Part shown: piece by piece, positions 45,662 to 58,430 of the stretch | How the letters are laid out: each line of letters starts with the position of its first letter | Position numbering within the stretch: the first letter of the stretch is position 1 | From: Basidiobolus meristosporus CBS 931.73 | Taxonomy: Eukaryota > Fungi > Basidiobolomycota | Length of the DNA: 64,000 nucleotides | Assembly: GCA_002104905.1 (NCBI GenBank) | Contig: MCFE01000086.1 | Coordinates: 1 to 64,000, forward strand | Direction of reading: 5' to 3' | The notes under the pieces: generated by a model | What the model was told of the DNA's origin: nothing | Database searches by the model: none | What the model saw: the letters and a program-made list of their open reading frames with translations, nothing else | Program-made: the position numbers and the translations under genes

Positions 45662-48454
45662 AGACTTGTTCCATTGTACCATGCCAGGGCGCGCGGCGTG
45701 ATCCGCGGTTGCAAAGAACAATCGGGCGCAATATTATAGCTACCAGAAGGCAGGATTGTTCTTGGACGATTTTGCACTATGCGGGACGATCTTGCACACT
45801 ATGGCACAATCTGACACAATGAGGTTGGCGCGGATGATTGCGCCAACTTGTAATGCTTGCATCACGTGCCCGATCGGATACCGCTATAATGGCAGGTAAA
45901 ATCCGGTATTTGGATATGTTTCCTTAATGTAAATGGAAATAAATGTGTATCACACTATAAGCTACACTGATACTTACCATTTTGGTTACCCTCAATCCAA
46001 TTGGACGGTATCTCAGTGGTTAATTGGTCCAAAAGTATCCTGAAGCTGGCAGCCCCCAATTGGCTCATTGACTACTGAAAAAGCTACCTGATTTGCCATC
46101 AAATATTCAATTTTGCCCATTGAGCAAGTAAATCCCTGATCCTAGTGATTGGGCAAGGTGTCATAGCTAGCATGCAAGCAATTGTGTAGGTGCAAAACAG
46201 ATCCAATAGCTGCACTGGTATTACAGATGACATATATATATGCAGGGTGTTTATTTATAGGGGTTCTGTCTCAAATGTGAGACGACCTTGATATTACTTA
46301 TATCAAAAATTTGATGATCACTGATTTGCAATGGCTTGATTTGGATCGCAAAAAAAAGGGTTGTCGGGATCATTACAAATGTGAGCGATTCAAAGCGATC
46401 GCATCATCTTCTCCTGGGTTTTTTTCTCACAGGGATTACTACTGAAGCATTTGGTAGTGACTCACTTTGCACACCTATACTACTTCCTGGCTGACTATCA
46501 TCTTGGCTACTTGTGTATTTGTAGTCAGTATTTTGCCTCCTAGTTGATGAGTGCGATGCTGCAGCTTGGCCGCGCTGAATCGCTCCGACTGAACCAACTG
46601 AACCAACTGAACCGGCCTGTAGTGCCACGCGCTGACGCGTTCTTTTACTTGCCAAGAGCTCCGGTGGTTGAGTCACTTCATGTTGGTCATCATCAGTCAG
46701 TTCACCAGAAGTAACTTGCTGATGGTCAGGCAAAACAGCACGCGCAGGCGCGCCTTGACGCGTTGAGATGGCCCTTGGCTGAGTTTGATGTGATGCCGCA
46801 TGTTGACGCGACTTGGTCTGCTCCAATGGACTTGTGTCTAAATGAGCAGTTTGGCAAGTTCTGGTAGTTTTGCTCTGAAGCGCGCGCGTTGACCCAATGC
46901 GCGTTGACTTAACACGGGGTGTTCTGGTAAAGGGTGTTGGCGTGGTCTGGACTGACGTGCGCTGGCGCGCTGTGGTTGCAAGAGATGGTAGGGAATCCAG
47001 CGAGGCGTGCTGGCGTGATCTGGACAATGTTGCTCACGGTCTGTATTCTTCCTCCTGAAGCTCACCATCTGATTCCTCAAGGTATTCACTTACCCTCTGT
47101 CTGATACTTTGGAGCTGATGCCTGGATGAGTCCTGTGTATATTGCTCTCGGAAGCCACTTAGCTCTACTAATATATCACATAGTACATTAGTCATTTGAG
47201 GCAAAACTCATTCAAAATCTCTTTGGTTCCCAAAGTTGAGGCACGAACGGACGCGTCCGGCCCGTACTGTGCAAATTGCACGCAAAATTGTTCCCGCGCG
47301 GCTTCCTCGTCAAATCCCTCACTCTCAGCTCATTCTTGATTTCAATACTTGTCTTGTTATATATCTTTTTACATACATCGGCTGGCATCTTGATGTAGAA
47401 CTCATGCCACAGCTTTCTACTCAAATTCTTCCATCTTTGTCGACTCTCTGAGGTATCTAGTTCTGCTAGATTAATCAGTAGTGCCCAAATATCTGTATGA
47501 AGGCTCATCATAGACACTTGGGCCATACTAAAATCATTTGGCAAGAACTCGAACGGATCCGACATCGACTTTTCCGGTCCGGACCGTGCTTATGAGCTGG
47601 GGGATGGGTTTTGTCTGGGTTGTACTAAAGATGAGTTGAGGCTTGGTATGGGGACCATAGCAACGGATTTGGATACTTATACAGCAGTATATTGGCATCA
47701 ACCTGGTCTTATATGAAATATATATGAAAACTAAAGTGATTGTTGAATTTTCCATATATTATGCATGATGCATCTTGGATTGCGTTGACACGGATCAGAT
47801 CACATCAATCGCAGATTTCCTATTTGATTATAGACCTATGATTAAAGCATCAATAAAAGTACCAAGGCATTGTTTGCGGATGATTTTTGCGACATAATGA
47901 TGGGATACATGGCAATTAATGGAGATTTAACCATAATGTGTTAAAAATCAGATAAATAACGCAGATCGCGCCAAATCAATTCAAACCACCACCATACAAT
48001 CTTCCATCAATTTTAATATGACTTACTCATCTGAATGGTCTTTTCTCATCAATCCCATCACTACCACTGGATTTCCTTTTGACACACTGGAGGAGATCTA
48101 TTCCAAGTACTGTGGACCATCAACCCCAATCTACTCAAGGAGATCCCTTGTTAAGCTTCTCTGCTATTACAAGAACTACTGCCCTACAAGGTTTCATCCC
48201 ACCATGCACAGTATGTTCATACAAGAAGTCATCCACTGAGAGAAATGTGTCTGGAGCATTATAAAGAGTAAATAAAGCAAGGAAAGCACTATTCTGAGCA
48301 ACATAAGTAAGATTGAGTAAAATTACCAGTAACTGTATCATACCACTGGCATCATGGTAGAAATTATAGTGCCAGATAGTGCCGTAGAGTGCCAGATTGA
48401 TCCAGCACTATAAACTGGCTGGCACTATGTGGCACTATCCAACGGAACAAGTCT
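45662..48454. mobile_element. PHIS/Harbinger-type DNA transposon copy B (2,793 bp, transposase internally deleted), inserted in element 3
   Basis: TIRs AGACTTGTTCCATTG / CAACGGAACAAGTCT. 3-bp TSD aat (45659-45661 / 48455-48457). Copia sequence acccaat|atcaag resumes exactly. Subterminal GGCACTAT-like repeats. Confidence 0.9.
46404..47755 (-). CDS. Accessory (ORF2) protein of the transposon, with a Myb/SANT-trihelix-like segment and a low-complexity basic tail; probably spliced, exon structure unresolved
   Basis: QRWKNLSRKLWHEFYIKMPADVCKKIYNK. C-terminal RKKPRRR (NLS-like). Transcribed divergently from the transposase remnant at 48018-48270. Confidence 0.55.
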
Positions 48455-48625
48455 AATATCAAGAAATTCCAATTAAGAAGGTTTTCATGGGTGATGATAG
48501 AACACTTGATGCAGTGGGAGAAGGAACTATCCAAGTAAACCTAAGAAGCAGTGAAGGAAGCCATACACTGACCTTTAAAGAAGTACTATGTACCAGAAAT
48601 AGCCAAGAACCTACTATCAGTAAGC

Positions 48626-48974
48626 TGTTGTAAGAGTCTTGGAGATATTGGAAGTGATTGGGAGAACAAGTAGATTATGTGGTTTTCACTTAATGATTTA
48701 TTGAATGTAAAAGTAGTATTTATACTTTTACATGGTCTTGGCATTACAAGCACGTAGAATAGGTTAAGGAAGGTCCCAAGAACATATGTGCAAAGTTTGG
48801 GGCTGTTTGGACAACTTTGAGAATTTTCATGTTCTGGGTACCTGGTATTTTGGTGAAAATAATCTAAGTAAATCCCAACAAGGAGTTTGGTCAGTATTCT
48901 CTAGGATTTGAAGGTGATGATCTAAGTGACTAAGTTAGGTGAATATTTAGGTGGAAATACAAATTTTTACAACA
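48626..48974 (-). mobile_element. Solo Copia LTR inserted antisense in element 3
   Basis: Full 349-bp LTR. TSD taagc (48621-48625) / tatgc (48975-48979). Confidence 0.9.
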
Positions 48975-51900
48975 TATGCAAGGCCACAGCAGAAGGACTC
49001 AGCTTCAGCTTTGACAATTCTGGATGTAAGATCACAGATCAAAATGGTGCCCATATTGCTTTGGGTATCAGTGATAAGAATCTATACAAGTTGACTTATA
49101 TTCCATCATATTTGGAAGCCAATATCAGTAACTTAATTGAACAAACACCAATGCTTTGGCACAGGAGATCTGGGCACTTCAATTTTGATTATTTGCGCAA
49201 AATGATCAAGTATCAGCTAATTTCTGGAGTAAAAATTGCTCCCCCAGCTAGTTTGGAGCACTGTGAAGCCTGCATATCTGGGAAACAAGCCAGACAACCG
49301 TTCAACAGCTCTGGGTTAATCAAAACTAAGAAAAAATTAGATCTAATTCACTCAGATCTGTGTGGACCTATGCCAAATATATTTCTGTGTGGACCTATGC
49401 AAAATTTATCCTTAGGCAGGATGTAGTATTTAATCACTTTTTTTGATGATTATACAAGATACACATGGGTCTACTTCACGGAGAGAATGGAAGAAGCTCT
49501 GTCTAAGCTCAGGGAGTTTAAAGTAATGGTGGAGAGAGAAACTGGTGAAAAAATCAAGAAAATACGCTCTGACAATGGTGGAGAATATACCTCAAAACTC
49601 TTGATCCACTTCTGCAAAATTCATGGGATAAAGCAACAGACTACTATACCATACTCCCCACAGTGAAATGGAGTTGTGGAACATGCTAAATGATCAATAA
49701 TTCATATGGCAAGATCTATGATCCATGATCAAAAATCATCCTATGATTTTTGGGCTGAATTAGTAGCCACTGTAGTGTACTTTAATAGTAGGAGTAATAA
49801 CAGAATACCTTGTGATTCTACTACATCTGAAGCATGGTATGCATACAGACCAAGTGCAGAACATCTAAGAATATTTGGGTGTACAGTGTATGCCAAGAAA
49901 CTGCCTAGAAATCAGTTAAAATTTGAGCCAGAAAGTGAAAAATGCATATTTTTGGGTTACTGCAATGAGAGTAAAGCATGACTCTACAATACTGAGCAAA
50001 GAAGCTAATCAAGTCCAGGGATGTGTTGTTTGATGTAAATCCAAAATTTTCATGAAAATGACATCACATGATGACAAAAATCTGATCGCAAGTCCATCAA
50101 TTGTCAGGATTGAATCAGAGCAAAACAGTGAAATTTTTTCACTCCAGAGGACTCTACAACCATGGTTAAGCCTGAATCAGTGCCCAGGAATATCCCAGAA
50201 GTGACCATTCCAGTATCAAATGCCCAGAGATTCAATTGGACAAGAAATAGCCCATATTACTCTATCAATAAGGGAACAAACTTAGCCTATGCCTATTCAG
50301 TCCATATTGATGAGCCCCAGACTGTAAAAGAGGCTCTAAATAGGCCTCAGATGAGGTTTTGTAGATCTGCAATGACTGAGGAATATCAGGCCCTGATGGA
50401 AAATCAGACCTGGGACTTAGTCAAATTACCAATCAACCAAAAATCAATTGGATGAAGATGGGTCTTCAAGACAAAATACAAGGCTGATGGTACAATTGAA
50501 GGATACAAAGCAAGACTTGTAGCCAAAGGATACTCTCAAACAAAACAACTTGACTATACTGAGACCTTTGCACCAGTAGCCAAGTTGAATTCCATCAGAT
50601 TAATATTGGCTATTGCAGCCATATATAAGCTTTTTATTCTTCAAGTGGATGTAAAAACTGCATTCTTGAATGTAGAACTTGATGAGGATGTGTATATGGA
50701 CCAGCCTGATGGGTTTTTTGACTAAGATTACCCCCATTTGGTCTGCAAGCTTAAAAAGTCACTGTATGGTCTCAAACAATTACCAAGAGCCTGGAATTGC
50801 AAAATAGATTCTTATTTGGAATCTTTGAGTTTCAAAAGGAGTAATGCTGACTATAGTATATACTATAAGCCAGATAGAGCAAATCCAGTTCTATTAGCTC
50901 TTTATGTGGATGATCTTATTATAGCCACCAATAACCTAAAACATTGGAAGAGACTAAATCCAGCCTATCTAAGGAGTTCAAGATATCCAATCTAGGAGAA
51001 CTCAGATAATACATAGGGATTAAGTTCTCTATAAACAGAAGTACCCAGACTATTACCCTAAGCCAATCCAAGTATATTCAAGATATACTAAAGAAGTACA
51101 AAGTGGAAGACTGTAAACTGGCAGCTACCCCAATGGAGACAAACCTTAACTTGGTCAAAATGCAACCAAATCAAGAGAGCTGGGTGCCATCTGAAAGCCC
51201 TGACTTTCCTTCTCAATCTATAGTCAACAGTCTGATGTATATCATGCTTGGAACACATCCAGATATCTCATATTCAGTGGGAGTTGTCAGCCATCATAAT
51301 CAGAACTATGGTTCTGATCATATTGCAGTAGTTAAGTGGATTTTGATGCCTGAAAGGAACTGCTGATATTTGCCTAAGATACACTTATAAGGATTCAGAG
51401 CAGGATCTTTTGGGATACTCTGATACTGATTGGGGACAAAATTTGGAAGACAGAAGATCCACCTCAGGATACACCTTTCTTTAGTGTGAAGGAGCACTTT
51501 CATATAATTCAAGAAAGCAACCAACCATAGCACTTCCCACCACAGAGGCAGAGTATATGGCAGCCTGTGAAGCTACAAAAGAAGCAATGTGGTTAAGAAA
51601 GCTTTTTACAGATTTAGGCCTATGTCAAAAAACACCTATTACTTTATTTCAAGATAATCAAGCATGTATACAATTGGGTAGAAATCCCAATGTTCATGCT
51701 AGAACCAAGCACATAGATATTAGACATCATTTCATACATGAAGCTATAGAGAATAACTTAGTAAGCTTAGTTTACTGTCCAACAGATGAAATGATTGCAG
51801 ACATATTTACCAAACCATTAGCTAGAGACAAGTTTGAATATCTTAGGTCAAAATTAGGACTAGTCAGTATGAACATTTAGCTGAGTGGAAGTGTTGCAAA

Positions 51901-52552
51901 AATTTGTAATTCCACCTAAATATTCAGCTAACCTAGTCACTTAAATCATTGCCTTCAAATCCCAGAGAATACTGGAAAAATTCCATGTTGGGATTTACTT
52001 GGAATATTTTCACCAAAATACCAGGTACCCAGAGCATGAAAATTTTCAAGGTTGTCCAAACAGCCCCAAACCTTGCACACATGCTCTTGGGACCTTCCTT
52101 AACCTATTCTATGTGTTTGCTATGCCAAGACCATGTAAAAGTATAAATACTACTTTTACATTCCATAAATCATTAATTGAAAACTACATAATCTACTTTT
52201 TCTTCCAATCACTTCCAATATCTCTAAGACTCTTACAACAGAAGTTATGATCATTCTGGTTGGATAATATGCCAGTGGCTAATTGGTCCAAAACTATCCT
52301 GAAGCTGTGAGCCTCCAATTGGCATATTGGTCAATACACATGCTATCTAATTTGCCATCAAATATCCCATTTTACTTACTTAGCAAGTAATTCCCTGATT
52401 TTGCTGATTGGACAAGGTGTCATTGTTAGCATGCAATTGATTGCCTAGGTGCAAATCAGATCAAAAAGCTGCACTAGTGTTGCAGATGATATATATATAA
52501 GCAGGGGTTTATTTATAGGGGCTTAGTCTCAAATGTGAGACAGCCTTGATAT

Positions 52553-52884
52553 TGTTGTAAGAGTTTTGGAGATATTGGAAGTGTTTGGGAGGGCAAGTAA
52601 ATTATGTGATTTTCACTTAATGATTTAATGAATGTAGAAGTAGTATTTATACCTTTACATGGTCTTGGCAAAACAAGCATGTAGAATAGGTTAAGGAAGG
52701 TCTCAAGAACATGTGTGCAAAGTTTGGGGCTGTTTGGAAAACTTGGAATATTTACTCAGAACATGAGAATTTTCAAAGTAAATCCCAAGAAGGAATTTGG
52801 TTGGTATTCTTTAGGATATGAAGGTAATGATTTAAGTGACCAAGTTATGTGAGTATTTTGGTGGATATACAAATTTTTACAACA
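52553..52884 (-). mobile_element. Solo Copia LTR in transposon copy A
   Basis: TGTTG...CAACA with perfect TSD gatat (52548-52552 / 52885-52889). Confidence 0.9.
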
Positions 52885-53655
52885 GATATTACTTATAACA
52901 AGAAAATTTTGATCACTGATTTGCAATGGCTTGATTTGGATTGCAAAAAAAGGGTTTTTTGAGTTAATACTTATGATATCAATTCAATGCTATCACATCA
53001 TCTTCTGCAAGTTTTCTTTCTTGCAGGGCTTACTACTGGAGCACTTGGTAGTGATTCACTTTGCACACTTAAATAACCTCCTTGTTGACTATTGTCTTGG
53101 CTACTTGAGTTCTTATGGTCCATGTTTTGCCTCCTGGTTGATTAGTGCAGAGCTATAGCTTGGCTGCACTGATTGCATCTGATGATGTTACAGAACCAGT
53201 CTGGAGCAACAAAGAGTGATCTATTCTTTTATTTGCCAAATGCTCCTGCAGTGGAGACACTTCCAGTGGATCTTCATCAGTCAGTCCACCATAAGTAATT
53301 TGCTGATAGTCAGGTATAGCAGCATGCATTGTCACAACATAGTACATTGATATGGCACTTGGCTCAGTCCAATATGATACTATATGTAAACACAACTTGG
53401 CCAGCTCCAGTGGACTTGTGTCAAATAGAGCAGTTTGCCAAGTTTTTGAAGTTTTGCTCTGAACTGCAACCATTGACCTTATGCAAGTTGACATTATACA
53501 TGGTTCTCTCACATAGATCAAATTGATGCACACCAGCACACTGGCATTGCAAGGCTTGGTAAATATTCCATTGAAGTTTGTTGGAATGAACTTGGCACAG
53601 TTGTCAGCAGTCTGTATTCCTCCTCTTAAAGCTCACATTCTGATTCTAAGATAAT

Positions 53656-56565
53656 ACAATTGTACCATTGGATAGTGTTGCATAGTGCCAACCTGTTTAT
53701 AGTGCTGGATTAATATGATACTGTATGGCACTCTCCGGTAATCTAATTTCTACCATGAGACCAGTGGTTGCATACAGTTACTGGTAATTTTACTTAATCT
53801 TGCTTATGTTGCTCAGAACAGTGCTTTTCTTGCTTAATTTACACTTTATAATGGCCCAAATACATTTTTCTCAGTGCATGTCTTCTTGAATGAATGTACT
53901 GTGCATTTATAAGAGTCTTGACTATTTTACCTATGCTGCTGTTTTCTCCTATACTTGACAATCCTTGACTTTTACCGGCCAATTTACTGAATCTCTTTAG
54001 ATATACAAATGTATACTCTACTCTCACTCTGAAATGACTAAATATCTCATTGTAGAGCTTCTGCTCCCTGCTAAACACATCATTCCTTGGCTTCCTACAA
54101 GCTGTAATACACCCCAATCTCTGACAATCCTCTCCTAAATAAGCTCAGTCTGCCATACATTTCTCTCCTCTTGTTAATTCTAAATCCTTCACTACCCAGA
54201 GTGCTTTGTCATGCCTACTTCCAGTAAATGGGCCACTAAACCAGATGATGTTACCCTCAATGTCAGACAGTGCTTGAAACTTCACACAGTTTTCCTTGTA
54301 TTTACCAAAATAGAAGTGCCCCTGCCCTCTAGAAGGTCTGTGAATCCTGACAGGGAAGGTATCCAAAATACTCCTGATATGGAACCAGTGGCTGAACACT
54401 CTGAGAAATGAAGGTCTATTGGCACTTCTGAAGCAAGTATTCCAAGCTTGTCCTAAGTCATTCATACCTTCTGCAAGGTGGTTCTCTATTGCTGTTGGCT
54501 GGGAGTGAAAGCTTCTGGGACTTTTGCTGCCATGGATGGTGGGATGAAACCTTCTAGGGCAATAGTTCTTGTTGTAGCATAAAAGCTTAACAAGGAATCT
54601 CCTTGAGTTGATTGGGATAGATGGTCCACAGTATTTAGTATAGATCTTCTCTAATGTGTCAATAGGGAATCCAGTGGTAGTGATGGGATTGATGAGAAAA
54701 GTCACTGAGATGAGTAGGTTATATTGATATTGGGACAAGATTAAGTAGATGTGATATGAATTGATTTTGCACAATAAGCTTAAGTTATCTGATATCCTAT
54801 GCATTATGATTAAATCCCATCAAATGCCGTGTATCCCATCATTATGTTGAAAAAATCATCCTCAAACAGTGCCTTGGTGATTTTATTGATGATTTACTCT
54901 CTAGTCTATAACCAAGTAGGAAGCATGTAATTGATGTGACATGATCCATGTCAATGAATTCCAAAATGCATCATGCATAACATATGCAATATTCAACAAT
55001 CACATTAGTTTTCATGTATACTTCATATAGGAGCAGGTTGATGCCAATATACTACAGTATAAGTATCCACATCCATCACTATGGTCCCTATAACAAGTCT
55101 CAACTCATCTTTAGTACAACACAGACAAACCCATCCCCCAGCAAACAAGCACAGTCTGTGCTGGAAAAGTCAATGTTGGATCCATTTGAGCTCTTGCCAA
55201 ATGATTTTGGTATTGACTAAGTGTCACTGATGAGCCTTCATTCAGATGTTTGGGCACTACTCATTAATCTTGCACAGCTGGGTACCTCAGAGAGTTGACA
55301 ATGATGGAAGAATCTGAGTAGAAAGCTGTAGCATGAGTTCTACATCAAGATGCCAGCAGATACATGTAAGAAGATATATTACAAGACAAGCATTGAAATC
55401 AAGAATGAGCTGAGAGAAATGGGATTTGATGAGTAAGACATGCAAGAACAATTCTGCACTGAATTTGCACAGTAGAGGCCAGACGCATTTGTTCAGGCCT
55501 CAATCTTAGGAACTAAAGAAGCTTTGAATGAGTTTTTGCCTCAAATACCAAATGTACTACATGATGGATTTATAGCGCTAAGTGGCTTACAAGAGCAATA
55601 TACACAGGACTCATCAAGGAAACAGTTCCAAAGGATGAGACAGAGGGTAAGTGAAGACCTTGAGGAATCAGGAGGTGAGCCTCAAGCAGAAAATACAGAC
55701 TGCAGGCAACTGCATATATATTGTGCCAGCTTTCCTTCCTGGACTCCTTACCATCCCTTGCAATGCCAGTGCACCAGTGAACATCAGTCCAATATAGACC
55801 AACAATCTTCACAAGAGTACCCCACATTGAGCTGATGCATGTCAGATAAATATGCATGCTTCAGAGCAAGACTACCAGAACTTGCCAATCTGCTCATTTA
55901 GATGCAAAACCATTGGAGCAGGGCAAGTTGCATCAACATGTAGCATCATATTGCACTCAGCCAAGGGCCATGCCAATGCATTAAATTGTGCCTGCACATG
56001 CTGTTACACCTGACCATCAGCAAGTTACTTCTGGTGAACTGTCTGACATTGACTCACATGAAGTGCCTCCACCACCAGAGCCTTTGGCAAGTAAAAGAAT
56101 GCATTAACATGTGGCACCTCAGGCTGGTTCCATTATATCATCTAGAGCATTTCAGCATGGCCAAGCTCCAGCTTTGCACTCATCAACAAGGAGGCAAAAT
56201 ACTGACAACAAGTACTCAAGTAGCCAAGATGACAGTAAACAAGGAAGTAGATTAGGCGTGCAAAGCACTCACTACCAAATGATTCAGTAGTAATCTCTGT
56301 GAGAAAAAACCTAGGAGAAGATGATGCAATTGCATTGAATTGTTACCATTTGTGATGATTCAAACAACACATTTTTTTGCAATCCAAATCAAGCCATTGC
56401 AAATTAGTTGTCACCAAATTTTTGATATAAGTACTATCAAGGTCATCTCACAATTGAGACAGAACCCCTATAAATAATACCCTGCATATATATACTTCAT
56501 CAGTAATACTAGTACAACTATTGGATCTGATTTGCACCTACGCAATCAACTGCGTGCTAGCTATA
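53656..56565. mobile_element. PHIS/Harbinger-type transposon copy C, inverted relative to copies A and B, one end missing
   Basis: 53656-53870 is the reverse complement of the right end of copy B, and 54800-56560 of 46170-48000. The left end is preceded by aat. Confidence 0.85.
53790..54720 (-). pseudogene. DDE_Tnp_4 (IS5/PIF-Harbinger/ISL2EU-like) transposase, frameshifted
   Basis: ILDTFPVRIHRP...FYFGKYKENCVKFQ...FSGPFTGSRHD...MAD, then KPRNDVFSREQKLYNEIFSHFRVRVEYTFVYLKRF. This is the family's D..D..E spacing. Confidence 0.85.
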
Positions 56566-56938
56566 TATATAATACTGGCAGCTTGGAATTAATAACCTTC
56601 TGCACACTCTTATGACAGGATCACCACAGTGTTTGGCTAATTTTACCTCCAGATAAAGTTAAAAACATAATTGTCATTGGGGTATGGTTTGCCAAAGGGT
56701 TGCATGGCATTATTGTGGTCTTGATGCACTCAACAATTATCTGAGTGTATCTAACCAGCCATTACATCCTGTTGCCTTTTATGACAAAATTTGACAGTGC
56801 CTAGATGGTCTCATTGCAAGCCTCTGATGACATTATCAGGGCAGAATGGCAGCCTACAGCTAGCTTGGCACAATGCTACCATACCAATTTACCTAATGTT
56901 ATTTCCTTTTACTACCTCACCTTGCGCAATGCATATAT

Positions 56939-57140
56939 TGTTGTAAAAGTTTATAATTCCACCTAAATATTCACCCAAATTTGTCACTTAGATCATTACC
57001 GTCAAAAACTAAAGAATACTGACCAAATTACTTGTTGGGATTTACTGGGAATATTTTTGCCAAATATCAGGTGCCCAGAACATGAAGAATAGATAAGTTG
57101 TCCAAACAGCTCCAAAAATTGCACACATGTTCTTGGGACT
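56939..57140 (+). mobile_element. Truncated Copia LTR (5' 200 bp)
   Basis: tgttgtaaaagtttataattccacctaaatattcacc... matches the family LTR in sense orientation. Confidence 0.75.
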
Positions 57141-57144
57141 ATAT

Positions 57145-58430
57145 TCCATCACTGTGTTGCAAAAATCATTCTCTAACAATAACTTTGTGATTTTATTGAT
57201 GACTTTTTTTATTGAAATTATGAATGAGCTTAGAGTGAGGGGACTTGATGAGGAAGCAATGCCCAAGCAATTCCACATGCAATTTGCACAGCACAGACTG
57301 GACATGTCAGTTTGTGCATCAACTTTGGGAGCCCAAGATATTTTGAATGAGTTTCTGACTCAAATGACTAATGGACTATGTGATATATTAGTAGTGCTAA
57401 GTAGCTTCAAAGAGCAATAGACACTGGACTCATCAAAGTACAGTTCCAAAGTATTAGACAGAGGTTGAGTGAAGACCTTAAGAAGTCAGAAGGTGAGGTT
57501 CAAGAGGATGAACACGGACTGCAAGCAACTGTGTCTAAATTGTGCCAGCATGCCTTGCTAGACGCCTTACCATCCCCTGTTATGAATAGACATAAGGCAG
57601 GAGAATAGAGTCAGGCAAGGCAGGACCAGGAAAGGACTTAGGTGAGGATCAACAAGGCACGGTGTGTTTCCAAGGCAAGGCAGATTTCCAAGGCAAGGCT
57701 GTTTATTCAAGACCTGTGTTTATCAGACGGAGGAATACATAAGGGGGGGTAGGACTATATATACCTTTTGGCAATATGGATGCCAAGAGATATTGGCTAA
57801 TATGATGGGGTTCTGGGGTGAGGCACAGTAAGTGTACCAAGATAGAATATACTAAAGAATAGACTAGAATCTCACATGGAGATATGTCAGGGGTCAGCAG
57901 ATCATGTACTAGATCATGTGACATGTAGTTACCATATATGACATGGGACTACATAAACTCTAATGGGAAGCTTCCATTGAATGTTGTGTTGTGTAATATT
58001 GACTTAGAGCTTTCAAGAAGTTGCTAGAATGTGGTAGAACTTTCTAGAAGGAACAGGGATTTCTTCACTGACTTGATTTTGCTAGATAATTGGAGACCAG
58101 GGATGTCATGATCACATGACATCCCCTGCCATGCCAGCATACTGGTGCATGTTGGTTCAATCTACACCAAAACCCATTACAAGAGCACCCTGCATCAAGT
58201 TAACATGTCCAGATCAATGCATGCGCTTCAGAGCAAAACTACCAAATCTTGCCAAACTGCTCATTTAGACCCAGGTTCATTGGTGCAAGTGATGTTGTTT
58301 CAGCTTATAACATCAAACCAAACTCAGCCAAGGGCTATGCTTATGCATCAAGTTGCACTTAAGCATGCTATTACACCTGACCATCAGCAATTTACATCTA
58401 GTGAACTGACTTTCTGCACTATTGCCCTGC
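57145..58430. mobile_element. PHIS/Harbinger-type transposon fragment D (ORF2 region on +), interrupted by a solo LTR
   Basis: Aligns with 54845-54890 and 55390-56050 of copy C. Confidence 0.7.
57578..58121. mobile_element. 544-bp solo LTR of a third family
   Basis: TGTTATG...CATGACA termini with perfect 5-bp TSD tcccc (57573-57577 / 58122-58126). Confidence 0.8.

Larger units (their letters stand above)
43581..52240 (+). mobile_element. Ty1/Copia element 3 (defective), carrying three nested insertions; LTRs 43581-43929 and 51892-52240
   Basis: Perfect TSD gaagt (43576-43580 / 52241-52245). PBS ggctatgagcccc and PPT ctgagtggaag. Broken gag/IN/RT/RH frames homologous to element 2. Confidence 0.93.
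43257..53655. mobile_element. PHIS/Harbinger-type DNA transposon copy A (43257-43580 plus 52241-53655), split by Copia element 3 and a solo LTR
   Basis: Begins with a decayed TIR, aaacttgttccattg. 43261-43575 and 52255-53640 are collinear with 45666-47090 of copy B. Confidence 0.8.

Noticed and set aside
46588-46613. 9-bp tandem repeat (actgaacca x3)
   Set aside because: A simple coding microrepeat (GSVGSVGSV) inside transposon ORF2; no spacers, so not CRISPR-like.
6271-52240. Idea that Copia elements 1 and 3 are one segmental duplication (same TSD, same nested site)
   Set aside because: Their outer flanks are unrelated (old Copia gag versus Harbinger-type copy A) and the nested inserts differ in orientation.
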